From an uncultured virus (IMG/VR IMGVR_UViG_3300035424_000203) (lineage: Duplodnaviria; Heunggongvirae; Uroviricota; Caudoviricetes), in the IMG/VR virus record IMGVR_UViG_3300035424_000203: a DNA stretch of 64,000 bases. One strand, given 5' to 3'. Under the pieces are notes generated by a model. It searched no databases. It saw only the letters and a list, made by a program, of their open reading frames with translations, and had not been told where the DNA came from. Below are positions 20,148-30,478 of this stretch, piece by piece. Positions within the stretch are counted from its first letter, which is position 1. The number at the start of each line of letters is the position of its first letter. A program made the position numbers and the translations under genes.

Positions 20148-20427
20148 AGTACCAAATTGCGCTGAATGCGAATTTATGAAGATGTATAATATTTCATATA
20201 AGAATTATTATTGTGATCATGAAGACAGGATTAACGAAATGAGGGAATTGGGTGTGGATTATCCACCCAAAACAAGTCCCATGTGGTGTCCATTGAGAGA
20301 AAATAATAAGCAATATCAGAATGAGAAAGATTCAGATTTACCAGAAGCACCGAGATTAGAAATCTATCAAGAAACTTTTGGGGATTTAAAAAACATAACA
20401 AATGAATGGTATAGAAACAATGAGTGA
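20140..20427 (+). CDS. Cys-rich hypothetical protein
   Basis: CAEC...YCDH...SPMWCPL. Confidence 0.6.
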   Translation: MNKVPNCAECEFMKMYNISYKNYYCDHEDRINEMRELGVDYPPKTSPMWCPLRENNKQYQNEKDSDLPEAPRLEIYQETFGDLKNITNEWYRNNE

Positions 20428-20612
20428 TATAGTCAGTATGAATGATTTAAAATAAAATAATTACCATTACAGAGCAGTCAAAATAATCTGTAAAACCGAA
20501 ATTCAAGAAATTCTAATAACTATTAACAGTGTCGATTGTGTGTATCTACACAATAATTCCATTAAATGATGATGAAAATTGAATTTTCAAAGATTGATAA
20601 GGTCTGAATGAA

Positions 20613-21575
20613 ATGTTCAGTCCTATAAAAAGAGAAATAGTATTTATGTATTCTGAATTATTCAGAGCCCTATTTACTATGCGAAAAATGAAAAGGTGGT
20701 GTAGCTTGAAAGGGTACGTTTATAAATTTCTCAATAAGGATGAGAAAATAATTTATATAGGCAGTTGTGGTGATTTATTCAAAAGATTAAGACAGCATTT
20801 TGAACATGGACATTTAGGAGATTATTGTTATGACCAAGTTTTATATGTTGATTATGCAGAATTTAGAAGCAGGACAGAAGCATATATGTATGAGCAGTAT
20901 GAGATTGCAAAATATCAGCCAGAATTTAATGATAATGGCAAAATTGATGAAGATGTGGATTTAGAATATTTTGCAATAATTAAAAATCCTACATGGAACA
21001 GGTTATATGCAGAATCCAATTATGGGTATCGTTATGAAAAAGTATATACAAATTTCCTGACAGAGAATCCAAACAGGAAAGAACCTAACAGGGCAGATGT
21101 TATGTATGAAGCAGAAATATTGAAGCGTTTTAAATCTGAATTACAGGATAATAAGAAGATATTACACGATATGGAACTGTTACAAGCAAAATGTCCTACA
21201 TATTTATCTTTGATAGATAAAGTAGATTTAGAGATATTGATTCAGTGTATGCCAGAAGAAACAGTACATTATTCATATTTAGATTCTGTATGTCCAGAAA
21301 GAATGTCTGATACAGATTATGATGAAGTTTGCATTGATGGAACTATCAAGAAATTAGTAGACCAGTTACATAATTTAGAAGTCCATAGGTATTGTGGAAT
21401 GATATGTTGTTCTATTGGTGAATTTACTTTTGATTTTCCATATACAAAGCAATCAGATACAGCATTTTGGATTCCGGCATTAAATGATAAATCATTACAG
21501 GAAATAGAAAATAAAGCGGTGGAGATATTAAGTCAACGGAGAGATGGATATGAAGGGAATTTATTACAATTATGA
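20613..21575 (+). CDS. GIY-YIG nuclease-domain protein
   Basis: YVYKF...IYIG...KRLRQH...E...PEFN. The true start is probably the TTG near 20706. Confidence 0.75.
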   Translation: MFSPIKREIVFMYSELFRALFTMRKMKRWCSLKGYVYKFLNKDEKIIYIGSCGDLFKRLRQHFEHGHLGDYCYDQVLYVDYAEFRSRTEAYMYEQYEIAKYQPEFNDNGKIDEDVDLEYFAIIKNPTWNRLYAESNYGYRYEKVYTNFLTENPNRKEPNRADVMYEAEILKRFKSELQDNKKILHDMELLQAKCPTYLSLIDKVDLEILIQCMPEETVHYSYLDSVCPERMSDTDYDEVCIDGTIKKLVDQLHNLEVHRYCGMICCSIGEFTFDFPYTKQSDTAFWIPALNDKSLQEIENKAVEILSQRRDGYEGNLLQL

Positions 21576-21738
21576 TTTAGAGGAATGTAACTGGATGTTT
21601 AAACAGGGAGTACATCCTATAGGATGCGGTAAGCATGATAAGACAGGGAACACGTTTATTATCTTTATGCTGACAAAACAATATAGGCGGTTAGAAAAGA
21701 AATATAGGGAAGAAATACAAACAAAAAATAAACTATAA
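21544..21738 (+). CDS. Small phage hypothetical protein
   Basis: 64 aa, coupled to the upstream gene. Confidence 0.6.
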   Translation: MDMKGIYYNYDLEECNWMFKQGVHPIGCGKHDKTGNTFIIFMLTKQYRRLEKKYREEIQTKNKL

Positions 21739-21903
21739 TTTTATCCCCGTTAGGGGTAAGAATGGATCTCTTGTAGTAAAGAGTATCTCTTATAGTAGCA
21801 GTACCGAAATCAACACATTTGTGTACACTTGTCCTAGGTGGATTTGCAAAAAGTAACACGTTTGTGTACAAAACGGTACTTAGGAAGAAAGGGCGTAATT
21901 ATT

Positions 21904-23019
21904 ATGCTGAAATTATTTTTAGGAAGAACAAAAGAAATAAGCATTACGGAATTACCTGTAATGATGGTATTGAATGGTCTGCATAGTGGCAAGCACGATT
22001 ATCTGTTTACTTCTATATCTGAAATATCTTATACAATGACAGGATCATGGATTGACAAGAGGAATAATGACAGAAGATTATATAATGGCATCAAAGATGC
22101 TTTATCTACGCTTGCAGAAAGAAAAATGATCACAATATTAGATCAGAATGGAGACAACTATATTATTTCCAATAAGGGTTTAGAAGTAAATACAGATAAA
22201 GAAAAGTTTGTTGTAGTGGAATTATGGGAAATGCAGAAAATATTTTCAGAATCCAGTAAGCCTTTTAACGTGTTTACTTTCTATGTAAATCTGATAGGCA
22301 CAATCAATAATAAAACTAAAGAATGGCATATGTCTCAGGATGAAATGGTTTCATTATGGGGATCCAGTAAGCGTACTGTCAATGATTATTTGGAACAATT
22401 AGAGAATATGCATCTTATCTATGTGTATAGGCATAAAAAGCGTAGGGCGAATGGTACATATCAAAAGCTGAATAATTCATATGGTAGATATTGTGACAAG
22501 GAGGCTGTGATTGCTGAAGCACAGAAATATTCTGATACCATAGAATGTGAAGATTTTGTTGAAAAACTCGACAGAAGAGCGATCAAGCTGAGATACAATG
22601 CTTATTGCGAGGGTGCTAAGAAGTACATCAATAATCCTGTTGCCGTGATTGCATTATATAGGGAATGTCTGGCATATAATAAATCGCTGAAATACAAACC
22701 GGTAGAAGGTTATTATGATGGCGAGTATAAACAGGGTGAATTATTGAATTTATTGGTATTTCCTGATGAAGTAAGGAATGATGTTGATGATAACTGGGGA
22801 GAACCTGTCTCTATGGAACATAATTTCTCTGTAGAAGAAATACTGGATATGTCAGCAATGAGCGACAAAATTGGTGAACCGAAAGTTTCGGCTGACAAAG
22901 AGCAAAATCCGAAAATTTCAGATATAGCAGATAATAAAACTCATGGTGAAGATAATCATGAGTCTTTTTGTATTATTGGAAAGGATTCAGATTATATTGA
23001 TATAGAGGATTTGTATTGA
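21904..23019 (+). CDS. wHTH-containing protein, possible replication initiator
   Basis: MSQDEMVSLWGSSKRTVNDYLEQLENMHLIYV HTH; 16-bp direct repeats upstream. Confidence 0.55.
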   Translation: MLKLFLGRTKEISITELPVMMVLNGLHSGKHDYLFTSISEISYTMTGSWIDKRNNDRRLYNGIKDALSTLAERKMITILDQNGDNYIISNKGLEVNTDKEKFVVVELWEMQKIFSESSKPFNVFTFYVNLIGTINNKTKEWHMSQDEMVSLWGSSKRTVNDYLEQLENMHLIYVYRHKKRRANGTYQKLNNSYGRYCDKEAVIAEAQKYSDTIECEDFVEKLDRRAIKLRYNAYCEGAKKYINNPVAVIALYRECLAYNKSLKYKPVEGYYDGEYKQGELLNLLVFPDEVRNDVDDNWGEPVSMEHNFSVEEILDMSAMSDKIGEPKVSADKEQNPKISDIADNKTHGEDNHESFCIIGKDSDYIDIEDLY

Positions 23020-23256
23020 TAAGTATTTTGTGAGATTCAAAATGACCTACACAAATAAAAAGGTGCGTCAAATTAGACGCTGCTAAAACTGAATACAGCA
23101 TTTACAGAGACAGTATGAATCAATCGTATTGTCTCTTTTATTTATGAATAGGAATCGGAGCATACAGTCGGGATGCTCAATTATTAGCTGACCACAAAAT
23201 TGTGGTGAGTTATCTAAAAGACATATCGAAATTGAAAGGAATTTTTATAAGTAATA

Positions 23257-24468
23257 ATGAACAGAAAAGATTTAACAGGATTAGATACATCAAAATACAG
23301 ATATTGCAGTGAGTGTGGAAAGATACTGCCTTTGTGCCATTTTGAGGTGTCTTCTATCAATAAGAACAAAACAAAGATTTATAACCAGATATGCAAGCGG
23401 TGTGAAAAAAACAGGCAGTTGAAGCCTAAAATGCCTACAAAAATGAAAGTACTTGATGAAAATAACAATGTTCAGTTTGCCGAAGATATAGAAGAAAATG
23501 ACAATCCTATTAATGTGAAACTGATTAATGCATTTGAAACTTTTGTTCAGATTGAAGGTACATATAATTACTGGATTTCTAACTATGGAAGGGTGGTAAA
23601 TAATCTGCGGAATCCGTTTAAATATCATGTGCATAGTGTAGCAAATCATTATACGATGAATTTCTTTGATATTGATGGTAGCGCAAATATGGAAGATCAT
23701 TACACAAAGAATTTAATGGGTAAAATATTTCTGAAAAATCCTAATAATTACACAAAAATCTGGTTTATTGATGGTGATAAAAACAATTTTTATTATAAGA
23801 ATCTGGTCTATGTATCAAACAAAGATTATGATGATTTAATGTATGGCAGAAAGGACATTGATGATATTGAGATAAAACAAGAATATTATGAATACCCAAA
23901 CAAAGCCAGAAGTAAGGCGTATGCGGTTTATCAGGGCATATACAATAGATGTTATAAGAGGGATAAGTATACCAATTACCATGATTGTTACGATGGGGCA
24001 ACCATATGTAAAGAATGGCTTGAAAATCCAGAATTGTTTATTGACTGGTATTTAGAAAATTATTATCCAGTAAAAGATGAAATAATGGTGGTGGATAAAG
24101 ATTTATTTGGCAATGGGAGCAAAGAATATTCCCCGGATAATTGCTGTATTGTTCCCGTAACAATAAATGCAATGCTAACAAACTGCAAGAAACATGATAA
24201 TCCTGAGTATACGAATGCTGCCGATTTGCCTCTTGGAGTACGATACAATCCAGATACTCATATGTACTATGGGGAAATCACACCATTTGGTCATGATGAA
24301 CCAGCTAAACTTGAAGAATGGAATACACCAGAAGAAGCATTTGAGGAATATAGGATCATCAAAAAGGCAGATATTACGGTAATGGCTGTAAAGTATAAAA
24401 ATTATATTCCGCAGAGAGTTTTTGATGCTCTTATGCGTTATGAAGTAAAACCATATATAGAAGATTAA
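23257..24468 (+). CDS. NUMOD4/HNH-type homing endonuclease-like protein
   Basis: N-terminal CxxC pairs, YWISNYGRV, YNRCY...ICKEW...DKD...YSPDNCCIVP...LPLGV. Confidence 0.7.
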   Translation: MNRKDLTGLDTSKYRYCSECGKILPLCHFEVSSINKNKTKIYNQICKRCEKNRQLKPKMPTKMKVLDENNNVQFAEDIEENDNPINVKLINAFETFVQIEGTYNYWISNYGRVVNNLRNPFKYHVHSVANHYTMNFFDIDGSANMEDHYTKNLMGKIFLKNPNNYTKIWFIDGDKNNFYYKNLVYVSNKDYDDLMYGRKDIDDIEIKQEYYEYPNKARSKAYAVYQGIYNRCYKRDKYTNYHDCYDGATICKEWLENPELFIDWYLENYYPVKDEIMVVDKDLFGNGSKEYSPDNCCIVPVTINAMLTNCKKHDNPEYTNAADLPLGVRYNPDTHMYYGEITPFGHDEPAKLEEWNTPEEAFEEYRIIKKADITVMAVKYKNYIPQRVFDALMRYEVKPYIED

Positions 24469-24491
24469 AATTTAAGGAGGATTTTTTAACT

Positions 24492-24683
24492 ATGACAGAT
24501 TTTGAAAAGAAGATTAAAACCAAACTTATTGAAGATGAATATGCGGAGAAGTTTCATCGGTTAGATACAGAGGCATCCATAGCGTATATCAACCATGATA
24601 ATCAGGAATTGTGCAGAATTAATGAAAAAAGAGTACAGCTTGAAGCAGAGATGGAAGTTGAAAAGAATTTATTGAGTTATTAA
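24492..24683 (+). CDS. Hypothetical protein
   Basis: Strong RBS aaggagg. Confidence 0.7.
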   Translation: MTDFEKKIKTKLIEDEYAEKFHRLDTEASIAYINHDNQELCRINEKRVQLEAEMEVEKNLLSY

Positions 24684-24702
24684 GATTGGAGGAGATTTTA
24701 TA

Positions 24703-25143
24703 ATGAACAAAACAAATACAACAGATTCTACATTGAACATGATTAAATCAGTATGTGCGAAGCGTGACCGCAAGGAACGTGACAGACTTAGAGCAAACAG
24801 GCTTGAAATGGATAAGAGAGAAGAAGCCGAAAGGGAAAGAGTGCAACATAGTAACAATCTTCTCAATTCTTATATTGAAAAGGCAATGGCGAGAGAAGAA
24901 CAGCAGAAACAGAAACATAATCAGACATTACATAATATCCATGATGAGGGTGCAAAAAGAAAGTCAGAAGAAGCATACAGGACAAAAGAGATGGTAAGTG
25001 CAGTAAACAAAGGCTTCAGGAATGCGGAGAAAAAAGAAGAAGATAGTAAATCATGGGATGCTTTTATGGATCGGAATAGAAGATTGATGGATAAAGGGAT
25101 TGAATCGGTTAAGAGGGAACGGAGTAAGACGTATTTTAGTTGA
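24703..25143 (+). CDS. Charged coiled-coil hypothetical protein
   Basis: RBS ggagg; followed by a terminator at ~25169-25209. Confidence 0.7.
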   Translation: MNKTNTTDSTLNMIKSVCAKRDRKERDRLRANRLEMDKREEAERERVQHSNNLLNSYIEKAMAREEQQKQKHNQTLHNIHDEGAKRKSEEAYRTKEMVSAVNKGFRNAEKKEEDSKSWDAFMDRNRRLMDKGIESVKRERSKTYFS

Positions 25144-25680
25144 TTAGGGTAGTAGGGTGATTTATTATAAGGCATATTGGATGTAAAAGTCTGGTATGCC
25201 TTATTTTTTACGATTTTTTAGAGGGTGTGGTCTTATATAGTAGATACTTAAAATTTTCAGATGGAAACCTACCCCCTACAAAACTATGGCTATATTGGAT
25301 AATAATACTTTATCTGATATAGCTATTTTTTTACTGATTTACCAAAGCTAAATAAACACTGAAAATAATTGATTGTAGGAGCGATGTTTAGTATAATGTA
25401 TGAGGTAGCTAGCAAACATGAATGACGTAGGAAAGAATATGTTTAGTAAGAAGAATTTGTGTAGTGATATAATCCCATTTATTGTATGATTTCTTACATT
25501 TATTAGGATGCTATATATCCCAAAATCTGTATGTTTTCTTGCAGTTATTGGGATGCGGTGAAAAAGTTCGGGAAAATTGGCGTTCTGTATAGGGGTATAC
25601 GGTGGCATAGGGTGGTAATTATATGGGAGATTTAAACATACCCCTATATTTGATTTAGTATTAAAAGCGAGGAATAAAAA

Positions 25681-26064
25681 ATGAAGTATAAAAAATCATT
25701 AGTTTTAATTATTTGCATTATTTCTGTAATGATATTATTATCTGGGTGTGATGGAACCAATAAAAAAAGTGGTATATTTCAAAGTGAAGAAGAAATGTCA
25801 GAAATTCTTAATGGTACATGGAAAACAGGCGATACAGAATTTGATTTTATCTTGACTATTGAAAATGATAAGGCAAATTTGAGTATGGAAGGTAAAGATG
25901 ATGAAGGAGCAGAAGATATTGTTTATGTTCCTGATAAGGCATATTTTTATTATTCATATAATGATAGTGAAGGTAATGAATCCCAAAAACAATACAGCAT
26001 TGTTGTGGAAAATGGCGAATATGTAATTAAAGATGATAACTGGACTTTTAGAAAAGTAGAATAA
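25681..26064 (+). CDS. Lipoprotein (possible superinfection-exclusion type)
   Basis: Signal peptide with lipobox LSGC; the function is inference only. Confidence 0.75.
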   Translation: MKYKKSLVLIICIISVMILLSGCDGTNKKSGIFQSEEEMSEILNGTWKTGDTEFDFILTIENDKANLSMEGKDDEGAEDIVYVPDKAYFYYSYNDSEGNESQKQYSIVVENGEYVIKDDNWTFRKVE

Positions 26065-26633
26065 AAGAAAGTTTTATCCTTAATAATCAATGGTGTGTCT
26101 TTGAATTTTGGTTAGAATGGATGTGATGTATAAACTGATTAAGATATAATCATATGAATTAAATTTTAAGATATACATTTGATTATTAGTATTATATAGG
26201 TCGTATTTTTATATAGGGTATACCCCTTATATATGCAAATTGGTGTTGTAAACGGAAACATACCCCCTATTACTTCGAGGTCAAAAAATTAAGGTGACGT
26301 ATGAGAACAATAGATAGGGGCTTTAGTAGAATAAAGTCAGATTTTTATAATGTAAACCTACCCTAGTACACCCTTGCACCCACCACCCCTATACCATCAT
26401 ACAGACAGCAAACAAGCAATAAATCACCCAAAATAACCACGCTACAAGCCGATTCTAGCCACTTTCCAGGCGTTGCCCTAAAATGTATCAATGAAGCCAT
26501 TACAAGCCTTAAATAAGCCTAAAATCGCATGATAACCATACAATTACAAGTAAATAAACCGCACAAAAAAGACTATGAGCCATTAAGCGCATAGCCTTTA
26601 TTTTATATTATTGTTTATCTGTCTATTATGTTG

Positions 26634-26915
26634 TTATCTTTCCCAAAAGTAACCGCTTCCATCCTCAAAATACAGTTGCAAGCCGTATTCAGTAGCCGAA
26701 AAGTCAATAACTGTATTCACATCCACAATATCATCATTCAGCGGTATATAACCATCTGGTATGACTTCTTTTGTTTCTGTCACTGTCTGTACTTCTATTA
26801 TTGTTTCCGCTTGTGTTGTGCCTAACAGATAAGCACATACAAGCATAATTCCCATAGTTGCGATAATTCCAATAGCTTTAAATGTTTTCTTCATAGTCTT
26901 TGATCTCCTTTTCAT
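26634..26915 (-). CDS. Small exported or membrane-anchored protein
   Basis: Basic N-terminus plus a hydrophobic helix. Confidence 0.65.
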   Translation of the reverse strand: MKRRSKTMKKTFKAIGIIATMGIMLVCAYLLGTTQAETIIEVQTVTETKEVIPDGYIPLNDDIVDVNTVIDFSATEYGLQLYFEDGSGYFWER

Positions 26916-26925
26916 GAATGATATT

Positions 26926-27099
26926 TTATGATTGTTTCAAGTTAGGGCACAATCCTAAACCGCCATCAATGACAGGCACACGCCTAAAAGCGTTACGGTG
27001 TATGCAATCTTTCTTGTCGCAACATGTACAGTCGCATTTCTGAAATTCTTCAAAAGTCATTTTCCAGTTTGTGTTATTTTCAAAGTGTTCTTTCGTCAT
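26926..27099 (-). CDS. Small Cys-rich protein
   Basis: MTKEHF...CDCTCCDKKDCIHR...GGLGLCP, with RBS aaggaagg. Confidence 0.6.
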   Translation of the reverse strand: MTKEHFENNTNWKMTFEEFQKCDCTCCDKKDCIHRNAFRRVPVIDGGLGLCPNLKQS

Positions 27100-27200
27100 G
27101 TCCTTTATACCTTCCTTTTCATATATTTTTATTGTCAGGGTGTAGCCGTTGCGAGTGGTTACACCCTTATTTTTTGCTTGCAACATTTTGATTTTTATAG

Positions 27201-27719
27201 TTACGCTTCCAATAATATCTTTGTGTTTGTCTTTACCTTTGTACTGCCATAATAATTCTGAATTTCTTCCATACTTAAAGTTTTACGGCTCTTTTTCCTG
27301 AAATTTTCACTATGCCAAAACCACATTTTCTTTTGGCTTGCCCATTTGAACCCGATTTCTTTTAACTCTTTCTTATAGCTGTATGTATTGCCTGATACCC
27401 ACAGCCATTGACCGCATATAGTAATTTCAATTCCGTTAAAATTGATAATTTTCTGTAATGTCTCGCGCAATGCTTTGTCATTTTCCCAGTCATACATATT
27501 AGCATTAAAGTCTGTCTTTGTGTTGCTCTCTTTGTTGTCTGCTGATTTGCTTTCGTGTCTATTCTTTAATACTTTGAATAGTTTGTCATATTCTGCATTG
27601 ATTTCTTGTGTTGCTTGTGTGCTTCCGTTTGCATTGTCGGGGTGATACTTCTTTAATAAATCCCTGTACTGTCTTCTTAACTCTTCCAGTGTATTTACAT
27701 CTTTAAAGTATTTACTCAT
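27201..27719 (-). CDS. J-domain (DnaJ-like) protein
   Basis: YRDLLKKYHPD...QEINAEY J-domain, plus a C-terminal WLWVSG..GFKW domain. Confidence 0.85.
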   Translation of the reverse strand: MSKYFKDVNTLEELRRQYRDLLKKYHPDNANGSTQATQEINAEYDKLFKVLKNRHESKSADNKESNTKTDFNANMYDWENDKALRETLQKIINFNGIEITICGQWLWVSGNTYSYKKELKEIGFKWASQKKMWFWHSENFRKKSRKTLSMEEIQNYYGSTKVKTNTKILLEA

Positions 27720-27777
27720 GTGTGATTGCCTCCTTAAAAATATATGATTGATTGTTTTGTTGTTAAGTTAATTATAG

Positions 27778-27899
27778 TATGGGTACATATAAATTGTCAA
27801 TAAATATGTACCCATAAAAATACACAAAATTATGTACCCATATTTGTATATTTTGCATATTGATATGTACCCATATTTTTGATATGATATGGGTACAGA
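27778..27899. promoter_or_regulatory. Operator array TATGTACCCATA x5 in a divergent promoter region
   Basis: Copies at 27778, 27805, 27831, 27864 and 27888 (11/12). A sixth copy lies at 31346-31357, upstream of the RHH gene. Confidence 0.8.
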
Positions 27900-27938
27900 A
27901 ACAAACAACAAACAAAATCAAATCAGGAGGTAGCCATT

Positions 27939-28220
27939 ATGTGTATGACCAAAAAAGAATTAGAAGCAAAGGTACAGGAGTTTAGAAGCCTGAAAGCAAT
28001 GAAAGAAGAACTTGAAAACGAACTGAAAGCGGTTGAGTTTTCCATCATTGAATACATGACAGAAAATGAACTGGATACGGAAATCACCGACACGGCAAAA
28101 ATCACCTACAAGCCACAGAATCGGACAACATTAGATAAAGAGAAGTTGACAGAGATTTTAGGCGAGGACTTGAAACCGTTTGAGAAAACAACTTCTTACA
28201 ACGTATTAAGGGTGAAATAG
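27939..28220 (+). CDS. Small coiled-coil protein, similar to 16621..16896
   Basis: RBS aggagg; coiled coil, then RTTLDKEKL. Confidence 0.8.
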   Translation: MCMTKKELEAKVQEFRSLKAMKEELENELKAVEFSIIEYMTENELDTEITDTAKITYKPQNRTTLDKEKLTEILGEDLKPFEKTTSYNVLRVK

Positions 28221-28332
28221 TCCAGCAGTAAAGGGTAAATGGTTTTTGTGGGGTTCGATTCCCTGCATACCCTATCGGCTAAATAAAAGCCATATAAATC
28301 AATCAATATATTAACGAAAGGCAGGTAACAAC

Positions 28333-28593
28333 ATGAGATTATATGAATGCATAGTAGATGATGGGCAAAACGTATTCAAGACCTTGACAGCTTCTAAAAG
28401 TAAAAAAGAACTTCTTTCAGTTTATGGCGGTAATGGTTCTTTTGAAAAAATTACCGATGTAACAAAAGATTATTTTACCAATGAATCCTCTGATAAATTA
28501 GTTTCTGATTTACAAAAATGTGGTTGGGGTAAAGGTGAAGTTGAATTAATAAGGGCATTATTAGAAGAACATATAGACAAATTAAATAAATAA
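28333..28593 (+). CDS. Hypothetical protein
   Basis: RBS and operon position. Confidence 0.7.
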   Translation: MRLYECIVDDGQNVFKTLTASKSKKELLSVYGGNGSFEKITDVTKDYFTNESSDKLVSDLQKCGWGKGEVELIRALLEEHIDKLNK

Positions 28594-28652
28594 ATCCCCT
28601 GAAGAGTCTTTGAAAATTAAGACGAAACTACCCAGACAAGGGTAGTCGGGAT
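28594..28652 (+). ncRNA. Type I hammerhead ribozyme
   Basis: Stem I atccc/gggat, core CUGAAGA, stem II gtctt/aagac, GAAA, stem III ctaccc/gggtag and GUC cleavage triplet (cut after 28647). Confidence 0.9.
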
Positions 28653-28696
28653 AAGTGCACAATCCAAAACAAACAAAAATTTGGAGGTAAAACACT

Positions 28697-29272
28697 ATGA
28701 AAGGTATCGATCTTAAAAATATGAAGCCGTTGACAGCAGAAGAAAAGGCATTCAGCGCCGATATGGGAAACTATAATCAGTTTTTTAAGTACATGAAGAT
28801 AAACAAGTTAGACCAGGAAGAATGGTATGATATTTTGATTCTGCATTATTTAAGGGCAGTTAAGAAATATCTTAATATCCCACATTTACAGCAATATGAA
28901 TTTTCAACAATCCTTTTTAGAACGCTGGATAATGCGAGGATAAACTACTTTAGAGATATGAACAGAGAAAAAAGAATGCCATCGGGCGGTATAGTATCCC
29001 TTGATTGGGAAGAAGATTCTCTGAATGAAAAACGCACTGCACCTATGACATGGATTGATTTAAAACAGTCTGTAGAAAAAACTGTTATGTACCATGAAAT
29101 GATATCGGAAATACTTTCAAACTTGAATGATGTTCAAGCTGAAATTTTCAAAATGACAATGGAAGAATACAATCGTGAAGAAATTAAAAGGTATCTTGGA
29201 ATAAAAAAGGGTACATTTTGCAAACGGATGAGGGAAATTAAGCATGTAGTAATTGACTACCTCTCAATGTAG
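28697..29272 (+). CDS. Sigma-70-like (ECF-size) factor
   Basis: Region-2-like YLRAVKKY and a region-4 HTH at the C-terminus. Confidence 0.65.
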   Translation: MKGIDLKNMKPLTAEEKAFSADMGNYNQFFKYMKINKLDQEEWYDILILHYLRAVKKYLNIPHLQQYEFSTILFRTLDNARINYFRDMNREKRMPSGGIVSLDWEEDSLNEKRTAPMTWIDLKQSVEKTVMYHEMISEILSNLNDVQAEIFKMTMEEYNREEIKRYLGIKKGTFCKRMREIKHVVIDYLSM

Positions 29273-29285
29273 GGAGGTAGTCACA

Positions 29286-29843
29286 GTGGAAAATAAACAG
29301 ATTAGACCGCTTACACCAACGGAAAGGCAATATGCAACGGAAAATTATCACCTAATCAGTAAGTTTTTGAAACTGTCAAAACTGGATGCGGAAGAATTTT
29401 TTGATATTGTAGTTTTCGATTTTCTATTGAGTGTGGAAATTTACTTGAATAATGAAGCGTTGCGGGAAAAATGCAACTTTGAAGCCGTCTCCTATATGTA
29501 TATGAAACGTGCGGTATATAGGCATTTTAGGGAACAGAAAGCGCAAAAAAGAAGTTCTGAATGCGGTGCGGATATTAGCTTTAATGAGATAGATGCCTAT
29601 ATAGGGCAATCAATCAGCGGAATGGAAAATCTTTCATCATTGGAATATGACGAAACCATTAAACAGATAGAAAGCATTTTGACAGCAGAGCAACAGCGGA
29701 TTTTCTTTGATAAGCTACAAGGCTATACACTCAAAGAAATAGCGGAAAATAGTGGAATAAAGCCCAAAAGGGTATATAAACAGTTTGGAAGAATCAAAAA
29801 TGTTGTAGCTGATGTGATGGAGAGTCAGCGGTTATATGGATAA
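29286..29843 (+). CDS. Sigma-70-like (ECF-size) factor
   Basis: GTG start after ggagg; LTPTERQYATENYHLI...GYTLKEIAENSGI; paralog of the upstream gene. Confidence 0.7.
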   Translation: MENKQIRPLTPTERQYATENYHLISKFLKLSKLDAEEFFDIVVFDFLLSVEIYLNNEALREKCNFEAVSYMYMKRAVYRHFREQKAQKRSSECGADISFNEIDAYIGQSISGMENLSSLEYDETIKQIESILTAEQQRIFFDKLQGYTLKEIAENSGIKPKRVYKQFGRIKNVVADVMESQRLYG

Positions 29844-29863
29844 CAGAAAGGACGGAAAATATT

Positions 29864-30097
29864 ATGTTTAATTTCAGAATCATAGATACACCAGATGGAA
29901 ACCAGATCATAGATCGGAACCTTAAAACGCCATATAAAGCACTTACTACGCTTCAGATGGTGGAATATCTGGAAATGGATAACAGGCTTGCTTATATGGA
30001 CAGGGTGGAACGGAAAGCAAGAGCAGAGGCAGAGCGTAGACGGAAAATAGCAAGGAATCCTATATATAAAATGGCTTGTCTTTGTGGATTGGTTTAA
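29864..30097 (+). CDS. Hypothetical phage protein
   Basis: RBS and operon position. Confidence 0.7.
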   Translation: MFNFRIIDTPDGNQIIDRNLKTPYKALTTLQMVEYLEMDNRLAYMDRVERKARAEAERRRKIARNPIYKMACLCGLV

Positions 30098-30117
30098 TCG
30101 GAAAGGTGGTAATAAAT

Positions 30118-30426
30118 ATGCTTACATCAAAATTTTTCAATATGGGAAAAGTAGTTGTTACACATGGAATTAATGAAACTATGAAGGAAAACAGCCGATT
30201 TGCGGCAGAAGTCAATTTATCCTTACAGCGGTATGCGGTCAAAGATTGGGGAAATCTGGACGATGAAGACAAACAGGTGAATGAGGAAGCGTTAAAATAT
30301 CCTGATGATCTGTACTTATTGGCAGCATATGAGACTTGCAAGGGGGAAATCTGGATCATTACTAACCGCATATCAGAAAATGCCGGAGACAATGCTACAA
30401 CGGTATGTTTTCCAAGTGAAAGATAA
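30118..30426 (+). CDS. Plasmid/phage conserved small protein (DWG...D...N..AL...IWIIT family)
   Basis: KDWGNLDDEDKQVNEEAL...IWIIT...TTVCFP motif. Confidence 0.7.
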   Translation: MLTSKFFNMGKVVVTHGINETMKENSRFAAEVNLSLQRYAVKDWGNLDDEDKQVNEEALKYPDDLYLLAAYETCKGEIWIITNRISENAGDNATTVCFPSER

Positions 30427-30478
30427 TAGCGGATTTTGTGGACTGTCTGAAATATAGGCAGTCTACATTATTAGGAAG

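Noticed and set aside
27778..27899. Possible mini-CRISPR array
   Set aside because: 12-bp units in mixed orientation with short spacers and no cas genes; they fit operators better.
28232..28273. tRNA gene
   Set aside because: Only a T-arm-like hairpin; no cloverleaf can be formed.
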